From Bigelowiella natans CCMP2755 (taxonomy: Eukaryota; Protista; Cercozoa): a stretch of DNA of 38,682 nucleotides. Both the position numbers and the translations under genes were made by a program. The DNA is taken from positions 1 through 38,682 of the forward strand of contig ADNK01002251.1 of assembly GCA_000320545.1 (NCBI GenBank), in the 5' to 3' direction. Every line of letters starts with the position of its first letter. The first letter of the stretch is position 1. Positions 23,486 through 32,260 of the stretch are shown here, one piece after another. The notes beneath the pieces were generated by a model that was given only the letters and a program-made list of their open reading frames with translations, was not told where the DNA came from and did no database searches.

Positions 23486-24134
23486 ATTCTGTCATTCCCT
23501 TGCACAGCAGCAACACAATGGACACAGCATGTCAGATGTGCCAAGTTGCACGTTTGACGTGTGATGTGTGGCTAGATGGCATGCGCTTTCATGTGCAAGT
23601 CAACTGCACTAGTGCATGCTAGCGTGTTGCCAATCTGTGCTAGCAATGCGAGAACACTGTGCAGTTGGTTGAACACACAAGTGCTTCCAAGGACCAGAAG
23701 GAGAAGAAGAAGTCTAGAAGTGTTCATGAGTGAACGAATGAACGATCGATTGAATGATCTAGTGATGTGATTGAATCGAACGCTCTTGTTGCTAAATCGC
23801 TTCCAATGGTGCAAATCTGGAGTTGAAGGGATCACTGAACACGTCAACTCTTCCAAACCAAGCTAGCCAGTGTCATTACCCCCTCTAGCCCTCCATCAGT
23901 CCAGCTAGCTCCAGAGCTAGCCCTCATGCAACCAGTGAAATGAAAAGCAGCAAATCAAGCCGATCTAGCGATTCAAAACGTGCACCATCTCCAGATCTCT
24001 GGATTTTGTTCGCGCGGCTTGACGCTGCAAGTTTGGCATTCGCAACGCTCTAGCGCTGTCGTGGTGCTGAGCAACCTGGCAATGCCATGCACTTGGCCAT
24101 TGAGCCACCTTCTAGCCTTGCAGATGCACATTGC
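23486..24134. other. TpA-depleted, CTAG-enriched tract 3 (left part; continues at 29851-30199 beyond the retrotransposon)
   Basis: Manual count gives 15 TA in 649 bp, 13 of them in CTAG. The right flank 29851-30199 has only 3 TA, none in CTAG. Confidence 0.9.
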
Positions 24135-24460
24135 TGTAGCGCGTACCACTACGCGGGCACAAGTCACGTGCGACAACAAAGGGGTTGTCGCGGATATAGA
24201 ATATAGATAACGTAGATATTAATACAGCATAGGCACGTGGGTTCCGGCGGGACTCATGGCAGCACACCGGAAGTGTGCTGCCCCACGTGCGGCGGCATTC
24301 GCGAAAGCTTCGCGAATGATTACGCAGTGCACGATTTAATAAAAATATAATCTTTAATAAAAATAAACACAACTCTTCAAAAGGAAGCAAACGTGCCTTT
24401 CCCCCCCCCTGCCTACTTGTGCACGTAGCGCCTCGGCCTGTGAACACCTTACGCGCAACA
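24135..24460 (+). repeat. 5' LTR
   Basis: Termini are TGTAGCGCGTA...TACGCGCAACA (10/11 inverted match). It has a TATA-like region near 24193 and AATAAA signals near 24338-24367. Confidence 0.98.
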
Positions 24461-24465
24461 ACCTT

Positions 24466-24483
24466 TGGCTTCCACACACGGGA
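24466..24483 (+). promoter_or_regulatory. Primer-binding site, complementary to a tRNA 3' end (Glu/Asp-like)
   Basis: TGGCTTCCACACACGGGA begins 5 nt after the LTR. Its reverse complement TCCCGTGTGTGGAAG-CCA resembles a T-stem plus acceptor stem, and the next bases AACGA match a TCGTT T-loop-like sequence. The tRNA identity is inferred. Confidence 0.75.
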
Positions 24484-24499
24484 AACGATTTGACTAACA

Positions 24500-27400
24500 A
24501 TGTCACAGCAGCTAGAAGAACAGCAGGACTTTGGCTCGCAGGCCGTGCAAGGGCACGAGCAGAAACAGGAAAGGAAGGGCGATACGGACGCTAAGGAAGG
24601 AGGAGGAACACCTCCACAGGCACCGCCGGGACCAGCACCCGGGATTAAGAAAGCAGATGCAGCAGCAGAGGCACTGGAGAACTTCTACGAGGCGGACGAC
24701 GAGGACGTGGCCGCCGAAAGCAAGAAGGTCGTAATGGCATTACGAGCCTTGCGACCCAGGGCGAGCAACTACGCCAAACTGAAAGTATCGATAGAATACA
24801 AGTATCAGACACATGATGTTTGGGCAGCTATCATGCAGGACATCATGGATTACGAAGCAGACTTACCTCCAGAGTGGGCAGCTTTGTTTAGGAACGACGG
24901 GGGTCTGGGCGCCTCGCGGGGGACGACCCAGAGCACCGTCAAGCAGCAGCAGCCGGTACAGCGGAACACCCAGTTCATGTCTGTTAAAACAGCACCGGTT
25001 ATGATAACGAAATACAACGGGAAAAGAGGTGAGGCAAGGAGGTGGTGGAAGAACGCTAGGAGTATACTCTGCGACTTTACCCCTAACCCCACCGAAAACG
25101 ACAAGCTCAAATGGCTAGCTATAATAAAGCAAGCCATGGACCTTTACGAGACAGGCAGGACCCGGATCAGGCAGCTAGAGAAAATACACACTACAGTTAG
25201 TGGGCTACGAGACGTTGAGGCGATAATGAAGGCTTTTGTAAATGAACAGGATGCTAACTCCCTACCCCAGGCTATTAGAAAATACAGAGCAATGATGCAG
25301 CATGAGAGAGAACCTGTTAGAGACTTTGCCACGCGCTTCCAGGATATGATCGACGAACTACATGATTTTAATTACAACACAGGTGATGATCAGGCAAGGT
25401 TTGAAGAGTTCAAGTTAAAGATAAAGGAATCCACTTACGTTACGGAGAAAGGCTACACCACGATGGAGGCAGCAGTGCAGGCTATATCCCTACGCGAGCA
25501 GGAGCAGGACCGCAAGTTTACCAGCCCTAAGGTACCTGGCATAGGAAACATTAACGCTATTAAGCCGCAGCGAGACTGGTACAAGGACAGGGAAGGTAAC
25601 CGACGTTGCGGATACTGCTCACGTAAAGGGAAACACACCGCTAAAGACTGCAGAGACAGGAAAGAAGGACGACCCAGGATGACGATCAGGCAGCTCAACG
25701 AACACTACGAGAAGTTAAAGAGAAAGAAAGGCAGAGGACAAGGATATAACAACAGCAAATGGCAAGGCAGCAACAACGGGAAGAACAATAAATATAAGAA
25801 CAAAAAGCAGAACAGTATCAATGCTATACAGCAGCAGATAAACGGAATATTAGATCACCTTAAGCAGGCGCCGACGAAGACAGCAGTACCAGCAACGCAG
25901 GACCAAGACAAGCCCATGACCCTAGACGACATAAAGAACTTAGGAGTATGCAACATTAATGACGAAGACGCTAACAGGACTATCAAAGTTGCTATGACCA
26001 AGGTTAAAGTTAAAGACAGCTACGGAGACTACAAGAAACTACCTGCCCTTTGGGATAGTGGCAGCATGCCGAAGTCCTTCATAAGCCTAAGCACAGTAAG
26101 AAGGTTAGGACTATTGGATCAAGTGACTAAGAAAGAACGTAAATATGCTCAAGCAGACGGAAGCTCTTCCATGAAGACCGTCGGTGAGCTAATGCTAAAG
26201 CTACAGATACCTGGCAGCGACGCGGAGACCCAAATCAAGACCCGAGTAGCCATGACTTTATCCATGGAACTACTCCTCGGACAGGATGCCCTAGAAAAAT
26301 TAGGGGGGATCATATCATTCTACAATCACAAGATATACTTTGCTAAGTTGCCAAAGAAGTCAGGCAGGACCATCAGCCAGAACATGATACGGCTTGACGA
26401 GTGGACCTCTGAGTCAAGCGTTAATGCGTTAGAGTTTATGGACCTAGCGGACAACAAGCTACCTACACCTACCGAGCTACGGAAGAAGAACCCCGGCAAG
26501 ACCATCCGACAGATAACGGAGCTACTGGACAAGACCCCCCCAGCTGATGATTGGGATATCGACAAAGGCAAAAAGTACATTAATAAAATATTAAACGAGA
26601 AGTACTCTGACATCACCAAGCCGACGACGAAGCCCTCCAGCAAGCTTACCCCAGTAAAGATCGAGCTAAAGAAGGGATACGAAGAGTGCATCATCAATGA
26701 CCCAGAACATAGGCGACCGGAAGCGGACTGGGAAAAGATAGAGTGGCAGATCAATGAATGGGCAAAGGAAGGGAAGATAGAGCCAAGCAACTCACCATGG
26801 AACGTGAGACATGTGCTAGCTAAGAAACCTACTTACCCTTTCTTCCGCCTGGCGCACAACTTCATCCGCCACAACCGAGTAATAAAGAGGATCCAGACAC
26901 CTACACCAAGGATAGATGACGTTATTGAACACGTCATAGGATACAAATACTACTCTTCCCTAGATAAAAATGAATCATACATGCAGACACCCATCCACAA
27001 AACCTCCCGCCCCATTACCGCGTTCTCCAGCAGGCACAGGAAGTGGCACTTCGTCGTATTCCCTTACGGCCTAAGCATATCAGGGGATGCGTTCAGTAGT
27101 CAGAACTACAGGGCATACACACATGATGGGATGGCGTCTGTGTTGTGGGTGTTTGTGTTTGTGTATGTGGATGATGACATAATATGTACCAACACAGTCG
27201 TCGCTCAGATCTTCCTCCTGGAAAATATATTTATTAGGTTTGCACACTTCGGTTTTACTATTAGACTGCAGAAGTGTACATTCCTAGCTACAAGAATCAA
27301 GTGGTGTGGATATTACCTGGAGCAAGGCCGCATCACCCCAAACCCCGAGAAAGTAGCAGCACTACAGCAAGCCCCTAAACCTAAGAATGCAAAGGAGTTA

Positions 27401-29473
27401 AAGTCATTCTTGCAGACTGCAGCTTGGATACTACGTAGGTTCTCCCCTACCTACGCTAGGACTGCAGCTGCTTTTACTACTGCTTACCGGAAGGAGAACT
27501 CTGTAGGCCTCAGCTTCGCTAAGGTGTGGGCCAAGGCTGGCCTTGATGCCCACTTCGATAACCTAATAAAGTTATGCAGCAACACCCTATTGAATGCTAA
27601 GCTAGACACTACTAGACCAGCTACCCTATGGACAGACTGGTCTAAGCTAGGTATGGCTGCTGTACTTACCCAAGACCAGCAGATCATACGGGTGTGGGGC
27701 AGGGCCTGCACAGCAGCTGAGGCCAAGTACAGCCCTACAAAAGGAGAGTATAAAGCCATGACTGAGGCGCAGAGGAAACTAAGATACTACCTGCTGTCGG
27801 TGCCCAGCTTCACCTTAATGACTGACCACAAGCCCCTCCTAGGCATCGACCGCAAGCTCGAAGCGCCTAACGATGAGTATGCAGCTATGAGGGCGGACAC
27901 GGAAGAGTTTAGGGACAAGAGGACAGTGGTCTACGCACCAGGAGACAAGCAGCTTGCTGACTATTTCAGCAGGCTGTTCGAAAAGAAAGTCCCTACCCAG
28001 GTCACCCCTATGGTTAACGCGATTACCTTCGAGGACGGCGACTTCCTGCCTGAGCCAGAGGAGCTCCAGCACCTTCAAGAACACCTGGATAAATACAAAC
28101 ACAAGCATGAGGTACTTAGTGATAGGATATATGTATACACTAATAATGTTAGGCGTACCTACGTGCCACGGCGGACCAGGGGAGCCCTTCTCTTTACCGC
28201 CCATGGACCTGCACACGTAGGAGAAAACCATATCACTGCTCTACTCTACCATTACTACTGGCCCTACAAGCTAAAAGAGATAAGGACATACCTGCGTGGC
28301 TGCAGGTGCTCCAGCTTGAAGGCGGCAGGCGTCGCCACCAAGGAGTCCAGCAAGAGCCGTGCATCTAAGAAAATCAAAGCAAGGAACTTCTTAGATATCG
28401 TGCAAATTGATGTTTATAAGTACGATGGCTATCACTACCTTACCTTCGTTGATGTGGCCACTGGAAAGTGCTGGGTTAAAAAGATTATCAAGGTCAACGT
28501 TGCTAAGAAGAACAAAGGCTTATATAAGCAGAGGCTTACTAACTGCTACCGTACCTGGGAGTCTGAGCTCCAGGCTATCCCTGATGAAGTTAGCATAAAC
28601 AAGATACCAAAGAAGTTACATGTGGATAATGAGACCTCTCTTCTACAGCTACCACACCCTAATATTGATGCCTCACCTGTATACTATGCCCAGTCCAACT
28701 CCAAGGTAGAGCGACTCCACCGCACCTTGGCCAACCTAAGCAGGATAAATAGCACCACACCAGACAAGATACAAGGGTTAGTAAACGACACCTTCACGTC
28801 TGGGGGAGGTATCAAGGATAAGGAGAGGGAAGAAGGCGACGACAACGACGACGATACCGAGAGCGAAGACGAGAAGGTCCCGTACGATGGCCGAGTTCTA
28901 AAGGAAGGACAGTATGTTAGGGCCAAGGTAAATCTGAGATCGAGAAATAAACAAGACCCCTTCTGGGGTGGCGTTGCAAAGGTTACCGAGAGGAAGGGGA
29001 GGAAGCAGTACTACATCTATGATGGGAACAGGGTCACCTTGCGCCACATCAGTCACCTAAAGAATTATGATATCGGTGAGAAGCTCCTAGAGGATGTTAA
29101 AGTAAACCCTACTGTGTGGGAGCGAGCAATGCCTTGTTTAGGACCCCGACCTAAGTTCGATGTGGAATATGGAAACAATAAGGTCAGGGTGAACGACGAT
29201 TGGCGCATGAAGATTGTCTATCTAGGCTACCCTGGATTACGAAATATGGAGAGGGTAGCTATGAAAATAAAGGACGGAAAATATCAGCTACTCTACCTAG
29301 CTGTTCCCGACTTACCCTTTGAGCACTGGTATAAGGTCCTGGGGGACCTTGATGCAGAGGGCTGGTATGGACACGAACCTAAGGACGAAGGTGAGTTCTG
29401 GGTAAGCGACAAAGGAGATAAGGTTAGAGAGGAATCTATTACCTGGTGGTTGGTGAAGTTCCGAAAGCGATGA
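24500..29473 (+). CDS. Gag-Pol polyprotein (1657 aa): capsid, zinc knuckle, aspartic protease, RT, RNase H, integrase, SH3-like domain and an extra C-terminal domain
   Basis: Motifs: CGYCSRKGKHTAKDC knuckle; LWDSGS protease; PSNSPWN, FPYGL and YVDD in RT; WTDWS and TDHKPL in RNase H; HGPAH...CRC; IDV, VDNE and SNSKVER in integrase; DPFWGG GPY/F-like region. Confidence 0.97.
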   Translation: MSQQLEEQQDFGSQAVQGHEQKQERKGDTDAKEGGGTPPQAPPGPAPGIKKADAAAEALENFYEADDEDVAAESKKVVMALRALRPRASNYAKLKVSIEYKYQTHDVWAAIMQDIMDYEADLPPEWAALFRNDGGLGASRGTTQSTVKQQQPVQRNTQFMSVKTAPVMITKYNGKRGEARRWWKNARSILCDFTPNPTENDKLKWLAIIKQAMDLYETGRTRIRQLEKIHTTVSGLRDVEAIMKAFVNEQDANSLPQAIRKYRAMMQHEREPVRDFATRFQDMIDELHDFNYNTGDDQARFEEFKLKIKESTYVTEKGYTTMEAAVQAISLREQEQDRKFTSPKVPGIGNINAIKPQRDWYKDREGNRRCGYCSRKGKHTAKDCRDRKEGRPRMTIRQLNEHYEKLKRKKGRGQGYNNSKWQGSNNGKNNKYKNKKQNSINAIQQQINGILDHLKQAPTKTAVPATQDQDKPMTLDDIKNLGVCNINDEDANRTIKVAMTKVKVKDSYGDYKKLPALWDSGSMPKSFISLSTVRRLGLLDQVTKKERKYAQADGSSSMKTVGELMLKLQIPGSDAETQIKTRVAMTLSMELLLGQDALEKLGGIISFYNHKIYFAKLPKKSGRTISQNMIRLDEWTSESSVNALEFMDLADNKLPTPTELRKKNPGKTIRQITELLDKTPPADDWDIDKGKKYINKILNEKYSDITKPTTKPSSKLTPVKIELKKGYEECIINDPEHRRPEADWEKIEWQINEWAKEGKIEPSNSPWNVRHVLAKKPTYPFFRLAHNFIRHNRVIKRIQTPTPRIDDVIEHVIGYKYYSSLDKNESYMQTPIHKTSRPITAFSSRHRKWHFVVFPYGLSISGDAFSSQNYRAYTHDGMASVLWVFVFVYVDDDIICTNTVVAQIFLLENIFIRFAHFGFTIRLQKCTFLATRIKWCGYYLEQGRITPNPEKVAALQQAPKPKNAKELKSFLQTAAWILRRFSPTYARTAAAFTTAYRKENSVGLSFAKVWAKAGLDAHFDNLIKLCSNTLLNAKLDTTRPATLWTDWSKLGMAAVLTQDQQIIRVWGRACTAAEAKYSPTKGEYKAMTEAQRKLRYYLLSVPSFTLMTDHKPLLGIDRKLEAPNDEYAAMRADTEEFRDKRTVVYAPGDKQLADYFSRLFEKKVPTQVTPMVNAITFEDGDFLPEPEELQHLQEHLDKYKHKHEVLSDRIYVYTNNVRRTYVPRRTRGALLFTAHGPAHVGENHITALLYHYYWPYKLKEIRTYLRGCRCSSLKAAGVATKESSKSRASKKIKARNFLDIVQIDVYKYDGYHYLTFVDVATGKCWVKKIIKVNVAKKNKGLYKQRLTNCYRTWESELQAIPDEVSINKIPKKLHVDNETSLLQLPHPNIDASPVYYAQSNSKVERLHRTLANLSRINSTTPDKIQGLVNDTFTSGGGIKDKEREEGDDNDDDTESEDEKVPYDGRVLKEGQYVRAKVNLRSRNKQDPFWGGVAKVTERKGRKQYYIYDGNRVTLRHISHLKNYDIGEKLLEDVKVNPTVWERAMPCLGPRPKFDVEYGNNKVRVNDDWRMKIVYLGYPGLRNMERVAMKIKDGKYQLLYLAVPDLPFEHWYKVLGDLDAEGWYGHEPKDEGEFWVSDKGDKVREESITWWLVKFRKR

Positions 29474-29515
29474 AGGTCTAAGGGAATAAGGAAGGAAGGA
29501 AGGAGCAACGTGACT

Positions 29516-29524
29516 TGGGGGAGG
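29516..29524 (+). promoter_or_regulatory. Polypurine tract
   Basis: TGGGGGAGG abuts the 3' LTR and is preceded by the purine-rich stretch 29480-29505. Confidence 0.88.
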
Positions 29525-29850
29525 TGTAGCGCGTACCACTACGCGGGCACAAGTCACGTGCGACAACAAAGGGGTTGTCGCGGATATAGAATATAGATAA
29601 CGTAGATATTAATACAGCATAGGCACGTGGGTTCCGGCGGGACTCATGGCAGCACACCGGAAGTGTGCTGCCCCACGTGCGGCGGCATTCGCGAAAGCTT
29701 CGCGAATGATTACGCAGTGCACGATTTAATAAAAATATAATCTTTAATAAAAATAAACACAACTCTTCAAAAGGAAGCAAACGTGCCTTTCCCCCCCCCT
29801 GCCTACTTGTGCACGTAGCGCCTCGGCCTGTGAACACCTTACGCGCAACA
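29525..29850 (+). repeat. 3' LTR
   Basis: No differences from 24135-24460 were seen on manual comparison. Confidence 0.98.
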
Positions 29851-30146
29851 TTGCTGATGGAGCTCAAGAGCTCATGAATGAATGAATGAAACGTTGAAAC
29901 ATTGTAGTTCTCTTTAGCATCATCGCTCGTTGTCGCAGAATGAAAATGCTGGTGGTTCATTCGAGTTCGCGCTGTGGAACCCTCTCCAATCGGCTCTTCT
30001 TTTGAACCTGACCATGCAGGATGAAAAGCTTTCCATTGATCCGACATCGAAAATGTTATGTCTCATCATGATGTTGCAAGAAATTCAATCCATGCTTTTC
30101 TTTGGATTCCGAAACACATTTTCAGAGGAGGAGGACGACGAGCATC

Positions 30147-31412
30147 ATGATCAGACTTGCACATCTTCTCTCCCTGGTCACCATTTTCTCTGCATCTTCA
30201 TACCACCAACATGCTGACGATGCTCCAGTTCAGCTCATTGTCGATACAGACCTTGGGTTTGATGTTGATGACGTCGGAGCGATCGCAGTAGCTAATTATC
30301 TTCAAGACTTGGGCAAGTGTGAGATCTTAGCTGTTATACACTGCACGGGATTCTACAAGGGCATTGGGGGTGCGGATGTCATCAACACACACTACAATCG
30401 CACCGTACCTTACATGGGTGCATATCGTGGTCCATGGGGAGGGCCAGATGCTCAGAGTGCTCAGGATAAATACACTTCGACAATTGAGTCGCGATATCCT
30501 TCACATGTAAAGAACTACGATCAGGTCGATGACGAAGTGACAGCTTACCGCAAGGCATTGACGTCTGCTGCTAACAATTCCGTTGTCATCGCAAGCATTG
30601 GAGAACCGCTTGCCCTCCGTAATATTCTCAAGGCAGAACCAGAGCTATTTGCAGCAAAGGTGAAAGAGATCTACTACATGGACGGCGGATACAACTTCGG
30701 ATGTGGCGATTCGAAAGGCAGCGGGACTTCGCCATGGATAGGCAGCACAAAAGATTGCGATGGCGCAGCTCAGTATGTCATTAACAATGTGCCTAGACAT
30801 ATTGTACAGTATTTTACTCTCAACGGGGAGGACGAGAGAACAGGGTCAAGATTCCAGGATGGATGCGGAAAAGGCCCTGTAAAAGACGCATACCAGATTT
30901 ACACGAACTATGGCACACGCCCATCATGGGACCTGATCGCTGTTTACTTTGCTGTTGTGGGTGCAGAGTCTCTATTCTCTAAGGCGAATGCGGAGACTAC
31001 GAAAGTAGGCTACTTTGGGAATGAAACTTACGATTACAGCAACACTTCGAGCAACATGTACCAAGTCTGGATAGACGGAAGCCACACCGGTGATGTCGTT
31101 TATATGCTAGATAATATCCTATGTACGGACCCATGTGTGGGTGGTCCCACAACAGGTGGCTGTGCAGGTTACACGCCACACGCAAGCCACAACTGCTGGG
31201 CAGGACACGGTGCTGATGATATCGATGGCCAGGCTCCTTGTGGTACAATGTCGCTTGCAGCGTGTGAAGCCAAGTGCGATGCAACTCAAGGTTGCGGCGG
31301 CGTTGTCACACAAGCTGCATCAGAAGGGCTTGTGGACTGCTACCGTAAGTCCAATGTCGTGATTGGAAATTGCGATTGGGCCCCAGAGTTCAATTTTTAT
31401 CTTAAAAATTAG
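30147..31412 (+). CDS. Secreted inosine/uridine-preferring nucleoside hydrolase family protein with a C-terminal Cys-rich PAN/apple-like module
   Basis: ATG at 30147 starts a signal peptide (MIRLAHLLSLVTIFSASS). Motifs are LIVDTDLGFDVDDVGA (DxDxxxDD), VVIASIG, YYMDGG and RPSWDLIAV. The tail includes SLAACEAKCDATQGCGGV. The ORF is intronless. Confidence 0.9.
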   Translation: MIRLAHLLSLVTIFSASSYHQHADDAPVQLIVDTDLGFDVDDVGAIAVANYLQDLGKCEILAVIHCTGFYKGIGGADVINTHYNRTVPYMGAYRGPWGGPDAQSAQDKYTSTIESRYPSHVKNYDQVDDEVTAYRKALTSAANNSVVIASIGEPLALRNILKAEPELFAAKVKEIYYMDGGYNFGCGDSKGSGTSPWIGSTKDCDGAAQYVINNVPRHIVQYFTLNGEDERTGSRFQDGCGKGPVKDAYQIYTNYGTRPSWDLIAVYFAVVGAESLFSKANAETTKVGYFGNETYDYSNTSSNMYQVWIDGSHTGDVVYMLDNILCTDPCVGGPTTGGCAGYTPHASHNCWAGHGADDIDGQAPCGTMSLAACEAKCDATQGCGGVVTQAASEGLVDCYRKSNVVIGNCDWAPEFNFYLKN

Positions 31413-32260
31413 CAATGTGTGCGATGTATTTTGTGTTACATCATCGCAGACACCGCACACGCGTTCCATCGGACGAAAATGACATAGTCGGCTGTTAATG
31501 CGAGAGCTGGTCCAGGATGGAATGGGGTTCTTGTTCATTTTAGTCGTGCTTCATTAATTTCTTTCAATCGCATGTAAATGAATTCATACTTTTATCTGAA
31601 GATTTAGCGGACCACTTCCCCGTTCCCCAATTACTATACTAGCGTAAGCGTGGGATCAGGATGCAAATTGCTCAATGCAAATCATGTGCGTGATGAGAGA
31701 TAACAGAACGGCATGCAGCATATTTATGAGATTAGACGGATGTAATGAATATGTTAATTTTTTCAAATTTCATCCGCGATCCTACTGTAGCAGTGATATG
31801 CAACAATTCATGTGCCGTGTGATATGCTTTTACACACCGCGTAACGTGTTAGTGCAATTATACATGCATGGGTTGCTGAGACATTCGTGAAAACTGCATT
31901 TCTACGTTTACATACGGTACGCCATTCTTCGCGGTCAGCTATATGCATTCGCTACAAGTCATCGATCAGCGGAGTAGCCTGCGCGCGAACTCATGCAATC
32001 GAAGTGACATATATAATGATGCATTATATGCTATGTGCTCGCTCTCATAATAATTTGCACGTACTACATGACAACAATGTGACTCGCATATATCATTACG
32101 ATCAAACGGCTCTTCTTCTACAAAATAACGGAGGACGGTATATTGAGATGCTTCGCGTCCTCGCATATGCGCATCATCGCTCTCTGCTACCAGATGGTGC
32201 TAGAGCCAATATGTGTTATATGGATACCTCTATATTACATGCATAGTCTTTTGCTTACAG

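Larger units (their letters stand above)
24135..29850 (+). mobile_element. Intact, recently inserted Ty3/gypsy (Metaviridae) LTR retrotransposon, 5716 bp
   Basis: Two 326-bp LTRs (TG...CA) are identical as read. The 4-bp target site duplication TTGC lies at 24131-24134 and 29851-29854. A PBS, a PPT and a single gag-pol ORF with PR-RT-RH-IN order are present. Confidence 0.98.

Noticed and set aside
24230-24292. Hammerhead ribozyme or tRNA gene in the LTR
   Set aside because: There is no intact CUGANGA/GAAA core on either strand and no cloverleaf with A/B boxes.
24112-24477. Duplicated antisense ORFs (also 29478-30047)
   Set aside because: They are identical only because they span the two LTRs, and there is no sign of coding function.
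29069-29473. Chromodomain or env gene at the end of pol
   Set aside because: There is no chromodomain signature, signal peptide or transmembrane segment.
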